Below, piece by piece: positions 8,638 to 17,498 of a stretch of DNA of 52,998 bases. Every line of letters starts with the position of its first letter. Position 1 is the stretch's first letter. Source of the DNA: a virus (lineage: Duplodnaviria; Caudoviricetes). Position numbers and translations under genes: made by a program. The notes below the pieces were generated by a model. The model did no database searches. It was not told the DNA's origin and saw only the letters and a list, made by a program, of their open reading frames with translations. The DNA is taken from IMG/VR virus record IMGVR_UViG_3300031659_000011, positions 1-52,998 of that record. The stretch is one strand, 5' to 3'.

Positions 8638-10772
8638 TAAATACCTGACCCTACTTTAAGTTTAATATTCATTTCGTCTACTTTGTTCTGCCGATCAGTT
8701 TCCATACCTTTAAGGTCTCGATCCAGTTGCGCTATAGATATGTTTTCTTCCATAGCTAGTCTCATCATCTGCGTCTCTCGCTCTTTATCGGCAATGTATA
8801 CCTTCATCTGGGCCATCGACTCGTTAGACTTTAATTTCATCTCAGCAATTTCACGCTCTTGAGCCAGCTTTGCCTGCTCAAACTCAGTCATAGGCTGCTG
8901 AGGTGGAGGCTCGGGTGCAGCTTCAGGGTCCGCGGGTGGGAAGAACCTTTCGGTGTCTTTGTAGCCTACCGCGCCTAGTATCTCCTTAATAACTTCCTGT
9001 TCGTTCCCTGACTGGGCCATTTGGGGCGCATAAGCCCCTATAGTACTGAAGGCCAACGCTAGTTTATTTATACGCTGTTGCGGGTTGGTAGCCCCAAAAC
9101 CTACGTTTACTTCAACAGTCATGTTTCCTTGAATCATTAGATCGGTAACTTTATTAACACCAAAGCGCTGCCACATCTTAATGTCTTCGCCTATTAGGGT
9201 TAGTAGACCCTCATCAGACTCGTGGCGCTGCTCTAATCTCACGATTTGTTTTAGGACTGGTTCCACCCACGTTTCTACCCACACGCGTAATTGGTACTCG
9301 GTTACCTCGTCAGCCGAGGCTGCCAGTAACTCCATCCCCCCTACGGTTTCGTTTAACTTTCTGTTTGTGTTTACCGAGCTTACATTAAAGCCGCCTGACA
9401 ACTCGTCAAAGTCAGCATTAACTCTGTCCTGCTCTTGGTAACTAGAGTTAGTGACGTCAGGTGGGGCTTCTACTCGAATGTCCTCTCTAGGGTTGTCCAT
9501 CTCGGTGACAGCTCCCGGAACATTACGGATCAGAGAAGAGTAGTCTATAGCTGCGTTGCGATTAACAAAATAGCGTCGGTTAAGGACCAAAGCTACGTTG
9601 TCTCTCCTCTGGTTGTTGATATCATTAGCTTCTTGCTGCACACCGCTTAGCATAGACACTGGTGACTCGGGGTACACCTTGTGAGCTTCTATGTTACAGA
9701 ACCCTAAAACGTAGGGGCGCTCTCCCGCCCGTAAGTGGGGATACTCCATCTCTAATGGTATTGGGTCGCTTAGTCTGGTGTGTATGTCTAACGTGTAATA
9801 CAACCAGTCCCGCCCATCCTGCCTTATTATGTTTCGGTGGACCCATACAGTCTGGAATCCCCTGTGCGTGTATCTTTGGTCCTTAGAATCCTCGCGCTGG
9901 CTCTCGCGTTGAGACCGAACAGCATCATAATCGGTAGTGGCGCCAATCAGTAGCTCTTCCTCGGTTAAGGTTAGCCATGGGATTTGTGTTTTTTGAGTTT
10001 GCTTTGATAGTAACATCACGTCGTCGATAGTCATCGGTAACCTGTCTATCAGGTATGCGGAAGTTCCTATTACATCTTCCCAGTTCGCGGAAGGAGAGAA
10101 TAGGAAGTTCTCGACAGGCCGCAGCTCTATAGCTGGGGTGTCTTTAACTACCGTAAAGCTTGTGGTCTTAGGCTTAATATCTTCGCCTTCAGCTGATAGG
10201 AGCTCGTCTTCATCATCTTCATCATCTTCATCAGGCATCTTGTCTTCAACTTCCCGATAGTTCCAATACTGGTGACTTATAGTTACACCAGTTACTAGGG
10301 CGTCTTGGTATGCTCCCATAGCTATGGGGAACCAAGGTATTGTGTTCTTCAGTCTGTAGTTAAGTAGCGCCTTATTGATCTCCGCGCTAGTGCGTTGGGA
10401 TTCATCCCTTCCGCGCTCGGCTGTTATGCTGACCGCGTCGGACGTACTGAACATAGCCTTAGCTGCTGCAGCTTCGTTCCTTCGTACCGTGGCGCGGGTC
10501 TTAGACCTAAATCCTTTAGCCCTGTGTTTGTATGATTCTGAGAAGTACTTAGATCCCGGAGCGTGATCGCTATTAAAGTGAGCTATATTCTTTTCCATTC
10601 CGCGTCGGATGTTGGCATCAAAATAGCTCTCAGACTGGGTGTAGGCGTCCTTGGCTAAGGATAGCCAGTAATCAGAACCTGTCGAGGTCGCACTCGCGGT
10701 CTCCGCTTGTGAGTCTAGTGAGGTGCTGGCATCCCTAAGGTTGTCACCAGCCGTATGCATTTTACTACCCAT
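8637..10772 (-). CDS. Portal protein
   Basis: 711 aa after terL; QQEANDINNQRRDNV and NETVGGMELL motifs and a C-terminal coiled coil as in P22-type portals. Confidence 0.88.
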   Translation of the reverse strand: MGSKMHTAGDNLRDASTSLDSQAETASATSTGSDYWLSLAKDAYTQSESYFDANIRRGMEKNIAHFNSDHAPGSKYFSESYKHRAKGFRSKTRATVRRNEAAAAKAMFSTSDAVSITAERGRDESQRTSAEINKALLNYRLKNTIPWFPIAMGAYQDALVTGVTISHQYWNYREVEDKMPDEDDEDDEDELLSAEGEDIKPKTTSFTVVKDTPAIELRPVENFLFSPSANWEDVIGTSAYLIDRLPMTIDDVMLLSKQTQKTQIPWLTLTEEELLIGATTDYDAVRSQRESQREDSKDQRYTHRGFQTVWVHRNIIRQDGRDWLYYTLDIHTRLSDPIPLEMEYPHLRAGERPYVLGFCNIEAHKVYPESPVSMLSGVQQEANDINNQRRDNVALVLNRRYFVNRNAAIDYSSLIRNVPGAVTEMDNPREDIRVEAPPDVTNSSYQEQDRVNADFDELSGGFNVSSVNTNRKLNETVGGMELLAASADEVTEYQLRVWVETWVEPVLKQIVRLEQRHESDEGLLTLIGEDIKMWQRFGVNKVTDLMIQGNMTVEVNVGFGATNPQQRINKLALAFSTIGAYAPQMAQSGNEQEVIKEILGAVGYKDTERFFPPADPEAAPEPPPQQPMTEFEQAKLAQEREIAEMKLKSNESMAQMKVYIADKERETQMMRLAMEENISIAQLDRDLKGMETDRQNKVDEMNIKLKVGSGI

Positions 10773-11121
10773 TATCGTGTACCGCCTCGCCAGAGAACTT
10801 GCGTTTCATATCATTTACCGCTGTAGATACCTCAACCCCTTTATCTCGAGCCACGTAGTATCTTTCAAATAGCTCTCCCGCGTGACGCACTACATTGCGC
10901 ATCTCGGAATCTATTTTAGCTATATGCATGTAAAACCCCATCTTCCCACTAATAAGCTGGTTGCGTATCATCACAACCCCTCCTCTAGTGTCGATAGTTA
11001 TAAGCCACGACCCTGTCCACTTAGGATAGGCCTTGTTTAGCGCTGTATATAAATTGTTGTGCAGGACTCTAACACCCGCTGGTACAGGATTTCCATCCTC
11101 ACCTTCAATAATGTCACTCAC
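10765..11121 (-). CDS. Hypothetical protein
   Basis: ORF-track 126-aa frame; AGGAG RBS supports a GTG start at 11121. Confidence 0.6.
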   Translation of the reverse strand: MSDIIEGEDGNPVPAGVRVLHNNLYTALNKAYPKWTGSWLITIDTRGGVVMIRNQLISGKMGFYMHIAKIDSEMRNVVRHAGELFERYYVARDKGVEVSTAVNDMKRKFSGEAVHDNG

Positions 11122-11254
11122 TTTTGTAAGCTCCTGTGTCATCAAACTGGTAAAACGTGCGTCCGCTAAATATATAAGCGGGCTCGTCTATTGTTTCTTC
11201 GTATATAGACTCATTTTCTTCTATTAACGCTAGCCACTCTATTTGGGAAGCCAT
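11114..11254 (-). CDS. Small acidic protein, 46 aa (not in ORF track)
   Basis: MASQIEWLALIEENESIYEETIDEPAYIFSGRTFYQFDDTGAYKSE; TAATG overlap with the terL stop and GTGAGTGA overlap with the next gene. Confidence 0.55.
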   Translation of the reverse strand: MASQIEWLALIEENESIYEETIDEPAYIFSGRTFYQFDDTGAYKSE

Positions 11255-12633
11255 TAGTAATCCGCCGTATGTTCAGGTTCAAGTCGTCCCAAACTTGAAG
11301 CAAGTCGGAGTCGGCTGTGCCTCGGAGCGGCCATAGCAAACTGCTGGAAAGCGTCTGCACCGTTAGAGGCGTGATCGTGATGGGGAACGTGATGGTATAC
11401 ATCATCCTCATCTACATATCTATATCTGTAGTTTCTGAGAGTTTCAAAGCCTTTCTCCATCCGCAGATGTCGAGCCACCATGTTCTCAGCTACTAACCTA
11501 TCACTTAAAGGCTTATCCTTCCACAGCAAACTAGGGTCACAGTCACCAGCGTCGTGAAACCAACACTGAGCAAAGACCTCTCTAGCCGCCATTATTGACG
11601 TGTTTTTCTCTTTAACCCTAGGAATTATAACCACAGGCTTTATGCCTGCCTTAGCAAACTGCTTAGCTACGTTGTCTACCATACCAAGGCGATCTTGGTT
11701 TGCATCATGAGGCATATGGTGTTTGCCGTAGTTGTAACCAAGTTGTTTTAAAACAGTAACATAGTGCTCTACTTCTTGAAGTCTACATTCATAGTAATCG
11801 ATGAGGCGGCATTCTCGTCCCACACGCTGTACGAACCATATCGCAGATTCGTCCCGTTTACCGAGATCAAAATAGGTATCAACTTCACAGTTCTTGGCGA
11901 TAGGAATATAGAGTTGTCTATTTTGCTTGATGCAGTCCAAGACCTGCTCGCCAAAAATAGCGCCCTCTGCGAGGAGCTTAATTTCTCCGCCCCAGATGTG
12001 AAGATATTTTTCATAGTCTCTGTCTCTCATGGCCTCCATCTGTGTGCGTAACACATCTGGAAAAAAGGGGTTATCGGCGTAGCCAATGCGCTGTACCCAA
12101 GCATTCTTAGGGGCTTCATCTACCACAAAAAACTTATGAATGTAATCGTACTTAAATCTGGTGTTGTAGGTTATCCATATCTCTGACCCTTCTTTCCGCA
12201 CCGTGGGGTCAATTATATCAAATGAGTTCTGGGTTAGGTTATGAGCTTCCTCTATCCAACAGAGGTCAATACCTTCTGTACTCTTTATTTCTTGGGTGTG
12301 GTGTCTAGTACCCATGAACATAATTTCTGTACCATTCTTCCCGTATATACCCGCCTTTTGGATCTCGTAGAAGCCTTGTAGTCCCATGAGATATATCTGA
12401 TCGCTTAGGAGCTTGTGTACAGACTGACCTAAACTTTTCTGCAGTTCACGCGTGCAGAGTATGCGGGTTTCATTTAAGTACCCGCGTAGAAGTATTTTAC
12501 GGGCTACACTCCAACTCTTAGCGGAGCCTCGGCCTCCCCACATAACCTTATAGCGATATGGCTCGTCTAACGCCCGAAATATATCAGGCGTCTGGACTAT
12601 AAGAGCATCATCTCTATTTGGTTGGCTTGACAT
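11254..12633 (-). CDS. terL: Terminase large subunit (PBSX family)
   Basis: Walker A GGRGSAKS, Walker B WIEEA, nuclease motifs FDLG and HASNGADAF. Confidence 0.95.
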   Translation of the reverse strand: MSSQPNRDDALIVQTPDIFRALDEPYRYKVMWGGRGSAKSWSVARKILLRGYLNETRILCTRELQKSLGQSVHKLLSDQIYLMGLQGFYEIQKAGIYGKNGTEIMFMGTRHHTQEIKSTEGIDLCWIEEAHNLTQNSFDIIDPTVRKEGSEIWITYNTRFKYDYIHKFFVVDEAPKNAWVQRIGYADNPFFPDVLRTQMEAMRDRDYEKYLHIWGGEIKLLAEGAIFGEQVLDCIKQNRQLYIPIAKNCEVDTYFDLGKRDESAIWFVQRVGRECRLIDYYECRLQEVEHYVTVLKQLGYNYGKHHMPHDANQDRLGMVDNVAKQFAKAGIKPVVIIPRVKEKNTSIMAAREVFAQCWFHDAGDCDPSLLWKDKPLSDRLVAENMVARHLRMEKGFETLRNYRYRYVDEDDVYHHVPHHDHASNGADAFQQFAMAAPRHSRLRLASSLGRLEPEHTADY

Positions 12634-13207
12634 ACTGTTCCACTATTAGCATTGGGGGAGCAAGTTCGCCGCCGTCTTTACCCGTGTGCTCTTGCTGTAT
12701 CTTATCCCCGTACTTCTTGGGGTTTTCTTTAGCAGCAAACCACTTGTAAGTGTCTAACTTTAACTTAGCCATACTAACTGATACCTGCGTAGGCGCTCTT
12801 ATAACTACGCCTAACACGTCCCTCATCTGCTCACCATTGGCTAGCATCACGGGTTGCATGACCGTGTCTTCTAGCTCCTCTACGAAGCCATCAAATTTGT
12901 AGTCAGCTGCTAACTTACGAGCGTCTACATACATTGCCATGAACTCAGAGTAGATAGCATCAGCCTTAGGGTCGCTAGCTTTGGCTAACCACGCGAATAT
13001 AGTCTTAACACTGGGCATATCATCTCCATCTCGGCATACCTTACGGGCAGAGCCTGTGTCTATTAACCTACTGCAGAATTCCTTTATCAAAGCGCGCGTT
13101 ATAAGCGACTTAGATACGGGCTTCTTTTTTATCTTCAAAGGTTTAATCTTTGTTTTAGGGGCTGCGTCCTTGCGGCTGCGCCCTTCTGGTGTTGTTTTTT
13201 TAATCAT
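12614..13207 (-). CDS. terS: Terminase small subunit
   Basis: MPSVKTIFAWL HTH and KLKLDTYKW...PKKYGDK...EHTGKDGG motifs; overlaps terL. Confidence 0.88.
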   Translation of the reverse strand: MIKKTTPEGRSRKDAAPKTKIKPLKIKKKPVSKSLITRALIKEFCSRLIDTGSARKVCRDGDDMPSVKTIFAWLAKASDPKADAIYSEFMAMYVDARKLAADYKFDGFVEELEDTVMQPVMLANGEQMRDVLGVVIRAPTQVSVSMAKLKLDTYKWFAAKENPKKYGDKIQQEHTGKDGGELAPPMLIVEQYVKPTK

Positions 13208-13211
13208 AGGA

Positions 13212-13301
13212 TTATGCTGCGTAATACGCCATTAGTATAATTAGTATTTCAAGCATATCAAAGCTGTCTTGCTCCTCATCGCTTGATTCCGTTGTGCTCA
13301 T
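13212..13301 (-). CDS. Possible 29-aa peptide (not in ORF track)
   Basis: MSTTESSDEEQDSFDMLEILIILMAYYAA; TAATG coupling to the upstream ORF. Confidence 0.3.
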   Translation of the reverse strand: MSTTESSDEEQDSFDMLEILIILMAYYAA

Positions 13302-13447
13302 TACTTCCGATCACGGTTATAGAGATCAAATAACGTCCTAATTTTATCTTGAATTATAGTTATATTGAGGTGCATTTTGCTTAGTATGATAACTAGCGTT
13401 ATTACCCCCATGATTAACGGCCAAAGATTAATTATCTGATCAATCAT
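13301..13447 (-). CDS. Small membrane protein, 48 aa (not in ORF track)
   Basis: MIDQIINLWPLIMGVITLVIILSKMH...LFDLYNRDRK; one TM helix; ATG directly after the upstream TAA. Confidence 0.6.
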   Translation of the reverse strand: MIDQIINLWPLIMGVITLVIILSKMHLNITIIQDKIRTLFDLYNRDRK

Positions 13448-13726
13448 TTACTTAGTCATCCGATACAAATCCGTGATGTCACTTTCTATATCACGAGTCA
13501 AAGTCTCTTGTAATCGCATCCAGCTTTTAAGCTGCTCTATCTCTGTATCTCGAACTTTCAGTTCCAGCTCGATGGATTCGCGGCGAACAAGCATCTGCTT
13601 CAGTTCCTGTACATCGTCTTGAAGTGCTTGCATGCTGTGATAAAATGCAAAACCACTGGACACCCCTGCAAAACAAAGCATAAGAACAGGCCAGAACTTC
13701 AGCATTGACGTTAGCTTATCGGTCAT
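13448..13726 (-). CDS. Membrane-anchored coiled-coil protein (lysis cluster)
   Basis: N-terminal hydrophobic helix followed by a coiled coil. Confidence 0.6.
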   Translation of the reverse strand: MTDKLTSMLKFWPVLMLCFAGVSSGFAFYHSMQALQDDVQELKQMLVRRESIELELKVRDTEIEQLKSWMRLQETLTRDIESDITDLYRMTK

Positions 13727-13935
13727 TAGCCGCTAGACCCCCTGCGGAGGGTTTTGGAGTCCTTATGCTTGTAGTACCAGTTAATACCTAGAGAAACTAT
13801 TGCGATAGCTATCGATACAATAGCGACCCATGGAATCTCAGCGGATGGTGCGGTAGCACTTGAAACAACAGCAACAGACGTGGCTGTGTACGTGGTTGGC
13901 TGGGTAACTTGAGCCACCATATCACTCATGCTCAT
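13726..13935 (-). CDS. Putative holin
   Basis: 69 aa; TM helix ending GINWYYKHK with a basic tail. Confidence 0.6.
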   Translation of the reverse strand: MSMSDMVAQVTQPTTYTATSVAVVSSATAPSAEIPWVAIVSIAIAIVSLGINWYYKHKDSKTLRRGSSG

Positions 13936-14456
13936 TTACTCTTTACGCCTCTACTTCCAAACCACCAAAGGACTGCAGTAACAGTGAGAAACACAGCTTG
14001 ATTGATAATGTGTGAGTAGAGTGCGTACAATTCTGAAACAGGTAATCCACCTAAGCCGCCGAGGAGGTTGCCTAGGTTGTAAGTTATGAGGGTAACAATA
14101 ACGAGTAGGTATATTGTGATTAAGGGGCGCATCGCTGAGCGAATCCCGTCTACCCATTTCGTACCCGAGGGCTGACTCGCCATCATTTGCGAAGCAGTAA
14201 AAGCTTCTCCTGCTACAATATCAGACTGTATGGCGCCTTCTGCTACTGCGTGTTCAATTTGTTTGTCTGCCATCTGCAGCGCTTGAGCGGATTCTGCCGC
14301 GTCCCGTTCCATATCCACCTTAGCCATGGACAGGGCGTGAGTGTTATTCATCTCATCGAGCTTACGTTGCTCTCGTTTAGCCATATAACTTCCAACTAAA
14401 CCAACAATTGCCCCTAATCCTGATGAACTCGCTATACCCAAAATCGCATCTAACAT
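13932..14456 (-). CDS. Putative 3TM holin-family membrane protein
   Basis: WVDGIRSAMRPLIT and WWFGSR motifs. Confidence 0.65.
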   Translation of the reverse strand: MLDAILGIASSSGLGAIVGLVGSYMAKREQRKLDEMNNTHALSMAKVDMERDAAESAQALQMADKQIEHAVAEGAIQSDIVAGEAFTASQMMASQPSGTKWVDGIRSAMRPLITIYLLVIVTLITYNLGNLLGGLGGLPVSELYALYSHIINQAVFLTVTAVLWWFGSRGVKSK

Positions 14457-14473
14457 CTGGTTATTCCTAATAA

Positions 14474-14746
14474 TTAAGCTGAGAGGGTGTTGATATCATC
14501 TACAATGCAGTCTGTAAAGGCACCTTCAGCAAGGGGCACCGCAGTGCAAACGTACTTAATACCAATGTTAAGCTGCTTATTTTTGCCGACGCAGCTAACC
14601 TTAGGTCCGTCTAGATCAATAGACCAGCACATATAAACATCATCGCCCATATTAAAAAAGTAACGAGCACCACTCGAGCCAATAAATTCAGCAGCATAGA
14701 AGCTGGTGCTTAAGAGCAAAAACAAAAGTCCTAACGCGAGCCTCAC
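14474..14746 (-). CDS. Small exported Cys-containing protein
   Basis: Signal-peptide-like N-terminus and four Cys. Confidence 0.5.
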   Translation of the reverse strand: MRLALGLLFLLLSTSFYAAEFIGSSGARYFFNMGDDVYMCWSIDLDGPKVSCVGKNKQLNIGIKYVCTAVPLAEGAFTDCIVDDINTLSA

Positions 14747-15285
14747 GGCGATGTTCCAACTATGTTAAGGGTAAAGCTCTGCTGTTTCATGATGCTATTA
14801 AACTTTCGCAGAGCCGTCTTTGACCCTAATACCGCTGGTTTCCCACCCAAAAATCCGCGTCTACTGCCTATTAAAGCACATCCTCTGGAATGTTCAACTA
14901 GATTTCCCGTATGAATTAGGATACCTAGCCGCGCTGGCACAGATTTAATGTGCCAAACCGCTTTGTACTTACCTGACGCGGACCGTGGTAAATAATCCAC
15001 CTCGTACATTCCAGCTGGTATGCAGCTAATATTAGATTTGTTGTTCTCCCAAGGTCTTTCTAGCACCGAAAAGACGCTACCATCGGGCAATAGGAGGTTT
15101 GACATAGTGTGGGAGGGGTAGTACTGGCGGGTTAGGATTAGCACAGCGCGCTGGGGGGTACTAGGAACGCTTGGAATTATAACTGGGGGCCTAATAGCCA
15201 CGGGCTTAGGCGTTTTAACAGGCTTAGGCGCGGGTTTTGCGGTGATTTTCTCTTTGAAAATACCTATAAGGTCTAGAAAACTCAT
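14743..15285 (-). CDS. DUF5675-family protein (putative endolysin)
   Basis: LERPW.NN...ISCIPAG.Y and ILIHTGN....SRGCALIG motifs; adjacent to holin candidates. Confidence 0.75.
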   Translation of the reverse strand: MSFLDLIGIFKEKITAKPAPKPVKTPKPVAIRPPVIIPSVPSTPQRAVLILTRQYYPSHTMSNLLLPDGSVFSVLERPWENNKSNISCIPAGMYEVDYLPRSASGKYKAVWHIKSVPARLGILIHTGNLVEHSRGCALIGSRRGFLGGKPAVLGSKTALRKFNSIMKQQSFTLNIVGTSP

Positions 15286-15572
15286 ATCATAATCCTAAAA
15301 ATTGAAAAACAGAAATCGTTATAGCACATAGCTATGGGGTTGTACTAATATTAGTAATACCTTACTATCAGATTTGAAATCCCCGCTAGTACAACTGATG
15401 ATGGCTATGAGTATGCAAGGGTGCGTCCATGTGTCCGCGGAGGGTCCCCCCAAAGAAGTCCAGATGGGACCCTTTATCGCCGTCAGCCGGCGTGCACACC
15501 CCGTCATTTTGCTTTTCGTTTCGCATTCTAAACTTATCATTTAACTTTTATCTTTTAAGGTCCACATTATCC

Positions 15573-15866
15573 CAGCCAATTAGCTATGAGCTATGAGCTC
15601 TGAGCTCTGAGCTATTAGCCCGCAGCCAATTAGCTCTGAGCTAATAAGGGTCAGGGTGTTAAAGGGTCAAGGTGTTAAAGGGTCAAGGTGTTAAAGGGTC
15701 AGGGTGTTAAAGGGTCAGGGCGTTAGCTGGTCCGCCGTTAGCTCTGAGCTCTGAGCTCTGAGCTATTAAGGGTCAGGGTGCTAGCTGGTCCACTGTTAGC
15801 TCTGAGCTATTAAGGGTCAGGGTGCTAGCTGGTCCACTGTTAGCTCTGAGCTCTGAGCTCAGGGCT
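15573..15866. repeat. Composite tandem-repeat array
   Basis: Runs of 7-bp AGCTMTG, five 16-bp AAGGGTCARGGYGTTA units (15646-15725), and a tandem 44-bp unit (about 15757-15844). Confidence 0.95.
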
Positions 15867-16021
15867 AATATAGGGGGTAGCGCTGCAGCGCTTAAACCAC
15901 AGTGGAGCTCAGCAGTGGGCTAGTGGCTATTATAGAGCTAAAAGCCGTACACTAGGGTAGGGGTGGGGGTGAGATCGTCGCTTAGAGAGCAACTGAGAGC
16001 GTCGCTTTTAGCTTGAGTCAT

Positions 16022-16046
16022 AAAAAAAGGTCCGTTAGGACCTTTT
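16022..16046 (-). terminator. Intrinsic terminator closing the early operon
   Basis: Minus strand AAAAGGTCC-TAAC-GGACC-TTTTTTT. Confidence 0.85.
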
Positions 16047-16091
16047 GGGTAGTTGATCAGCGCCTCGCGTGCGCGTACTTGATCACTCGTG

Positions 16092-16241
16092 TTAGGGGGG
16101 AGGGGTCGGCTCAGCTAGTTTAGCCATATACTTTATAGCGTCGACTTGCTCGGGCCTTACCCATACTTTGAGCTCTACCAGCCCTGCCGCCAGTCTTGCA
16201 TCGCGCAGTCTTTTCATCATAACTTTTTTTGGTATCGGCAT
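16092..16241 (-). CDS. Small basic protein, 49 aa, possible ribbon-helix-helix DNA binder (not in ORF track)
   Basis: MPIPKKVMMKRLRDARLAAGLVELKVWVRPEQVDAIKYMAKLAEPTPPP; GAGGAG RBS. Confidence 0.65.
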   Translation of the reverse strand: MPIPKKVMMKRLRDARLAAGLVELKVWVRPEQVDAIKYMAKLAEPTPPP

Positions 16242-16252
16242 ATCTTATCTCC

Positions 16253-16435
16253 TCAGTTAAATCCAAGCCCGCTATCGTTATATGTAAGGCCGTACTCATC
16301 TACGCCCATATAGCCGAGATCGTTGGCTTTATTTTCGACGGTGTTATTGCTGTCTCCTACGATAATTGCCACAATTACGTTCGTTTCTACGTTGTAAATA
16401 TAGCCCTCCACCGTACCTTTTTTTGGTATTGGCAT
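16253..16435 (-). CDS. Hypothetical protein
   Basis: 60 aa; AAGGAG RBS. Confidence 0.7.
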   Translation of the reverse strand: MPIPKKGTVEGYIYNVETNVIVAIIVGDSNNTVENKANDLGYMGVDEYGLTYNDSGLGFN

Positions 16436-16446
16436 ATCTTATCTCC

Positions 16447-17139
16447 TTATTTAAATTTGATTTGATTTTTAGCGGCGCCATGGGCTGGGAACGCTATTAT
16501 TGTGCTACGCTGTTTGCTGCACATTTGACAGCTAGTGCACGTCACGTCGTCTTTATAAGTGGCAGGGCATATTACTACGTTGTGGCCCGCTGGACTCTTA
16601 AAGTTTGATGTTTGATCTACAGGCACAATAGCGACGACGGGCGCTATATTTAAAGCCATGAGGTCGTCGGCGTGATCTATGTTATTGCCCGACAAATTTA
16701 TCGTGAACCCGTCGCGATTTGCGGCAGCGACTGTGACCCTATTTGCCTTGATTGACATATCGTGATGAGTAAAGCTGATCACCCTGCGGCCTCCGTTTGC
16801 TCGCGTTAGCCGTCGGATCTGCCCTCGGTCCATTACTTCGTCTACGTGATAAAAATCCCCCGAGACATTATGTCTCCAAATAGGCGCGGTCATAGTTTCG
16901 ACTTTGTTAATGAGAGCGTCAAATGTGCCCCCACGCTCCCCCGAGTCTAGCTTATTCCAATTTAGTTTTGTGTGGAATCCCGACTCAGCATAGCAAGGGC
17001 TCTCGTATTTGCTAGTGCTGGGGTTCCACACTCGTTTTAAGGGACAGACTGCAGGACACGTGCTCCGTTGACTGTTAGTGGTGGGCATTGGCCCTGTTTT
17101 AGCGTTTGCTGACTTTTTAACAAATTGCACGAGTTGCAT
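16447..17139 (-). CDS. Cys-rich phage protein (gp88/DUF7227-like, possible Fe-S)
   Basis: SANAKTG, CPxxCP...CYA, WRHNVSGD and CPA...TCxxCxxC...FPAHG motifs. Confidence 0.65.
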   Translation of the reverse strand: MQLVQFVKKSANAKTGPMPTTNSQRSTCPAVCPLKRVWNPSTSKYESPCYAESGFHTKLNWNKLDSGERGGTFDALINKVETMTAPIWRHNVSGDFYHVDEVMDRGQIRRLTRANGGRRVISFTHHDMSIKANRVTVAAANRDGFTINLSGNNIDHADDLMALNIAPVVAIVPVDQTSNFKSPAGHNVVICPATYKDDVTCTSCQMCSKQRSTIIAFPAHGAAKNQIKFK

Positions 17140-17169
17140 TATCTAATCTCCTATTTACTTATAGCTGAT

Positions 17170-17228
17170 GGTCTCATCAGTGCCGCAGAGAGCGGCAGAC
17201 TAAGGGCACTCTGCCCCTAGTTTCGACC
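17170..17228 (-). ncRNA. Hammerhead ribozyme, type II (copy HH1)
   Basis: RNA GGUC-GAAA-CUAGGGGC(AGAGU)GCCCUUAG-UC^UGCCGC(UCUCU)GCGGCA-CUGAUGA-GACC. All core nucleotides and stems I-III are present; predicted cut between 17198 and 17197. Confidence 0.92.
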
Positions 17229-17232
17229 TGTG

Positions 17233-17406
17233 CTACTCTTCTGGGCTATCGCATTTAGTCTCTAACGCAACTAGTGCGTCGCGCTTAGCCAATATAGCTT
17301 CGAGCTCTGGGGTCGGACGCTTGCCCGTTATAATCTCTTCCAGCATGTAGCCCGTTATTAGCTTTTCTTCGATCTCCCAGTACAACTTGCCTAATGTTTT
17401 AATCAT
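17233..17406 (-). CDS. Hypothetical protein, 57 aa, between two ribozymes (not in ORF track)
   Basis: MIKTLGKLYWEIEEKLITGYMLEEIITGKRPTPELEAILAKRDALVALETKCDSPEE; AGGAG RBS. Confidence 0.75.
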   Translation of the reverse strand: MIKTLGKLYWEIEEKLITGYMLEEIITGKRPTPELEAILAKRDALVALETKCDSPEE

Positions 17407-17436
17407 TATCTAATCTCCTATTTACTTATAACTGAT

Positions 17437-17495
17437 GGTCTCATCAGTGCCGCTGATAGCGACAGACTAAGGGCACTCTGCCCCTAGTTTCGACC
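17437..17495 (-). ncRNA. Hammerhead ribozyme, type II (copy HH2)
   Basis: GGUC-GAAA-CUAGGGGC(AGAGU)GCCCUUAG-UC^UGUCGC(UAUCA)GCGGCA-CUGAUGA-GACC; predicted cut between 17465 and 17464. Confidence 0.92.
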
Positions 17496-17498
17496 TCT

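Noticed and set aside
15319-15540. 73-aa ORF upstream of the lysis cluster
   Set aside because: No RBS or recognisable protein features; it overlaps a likely regulatory inverted repeat.
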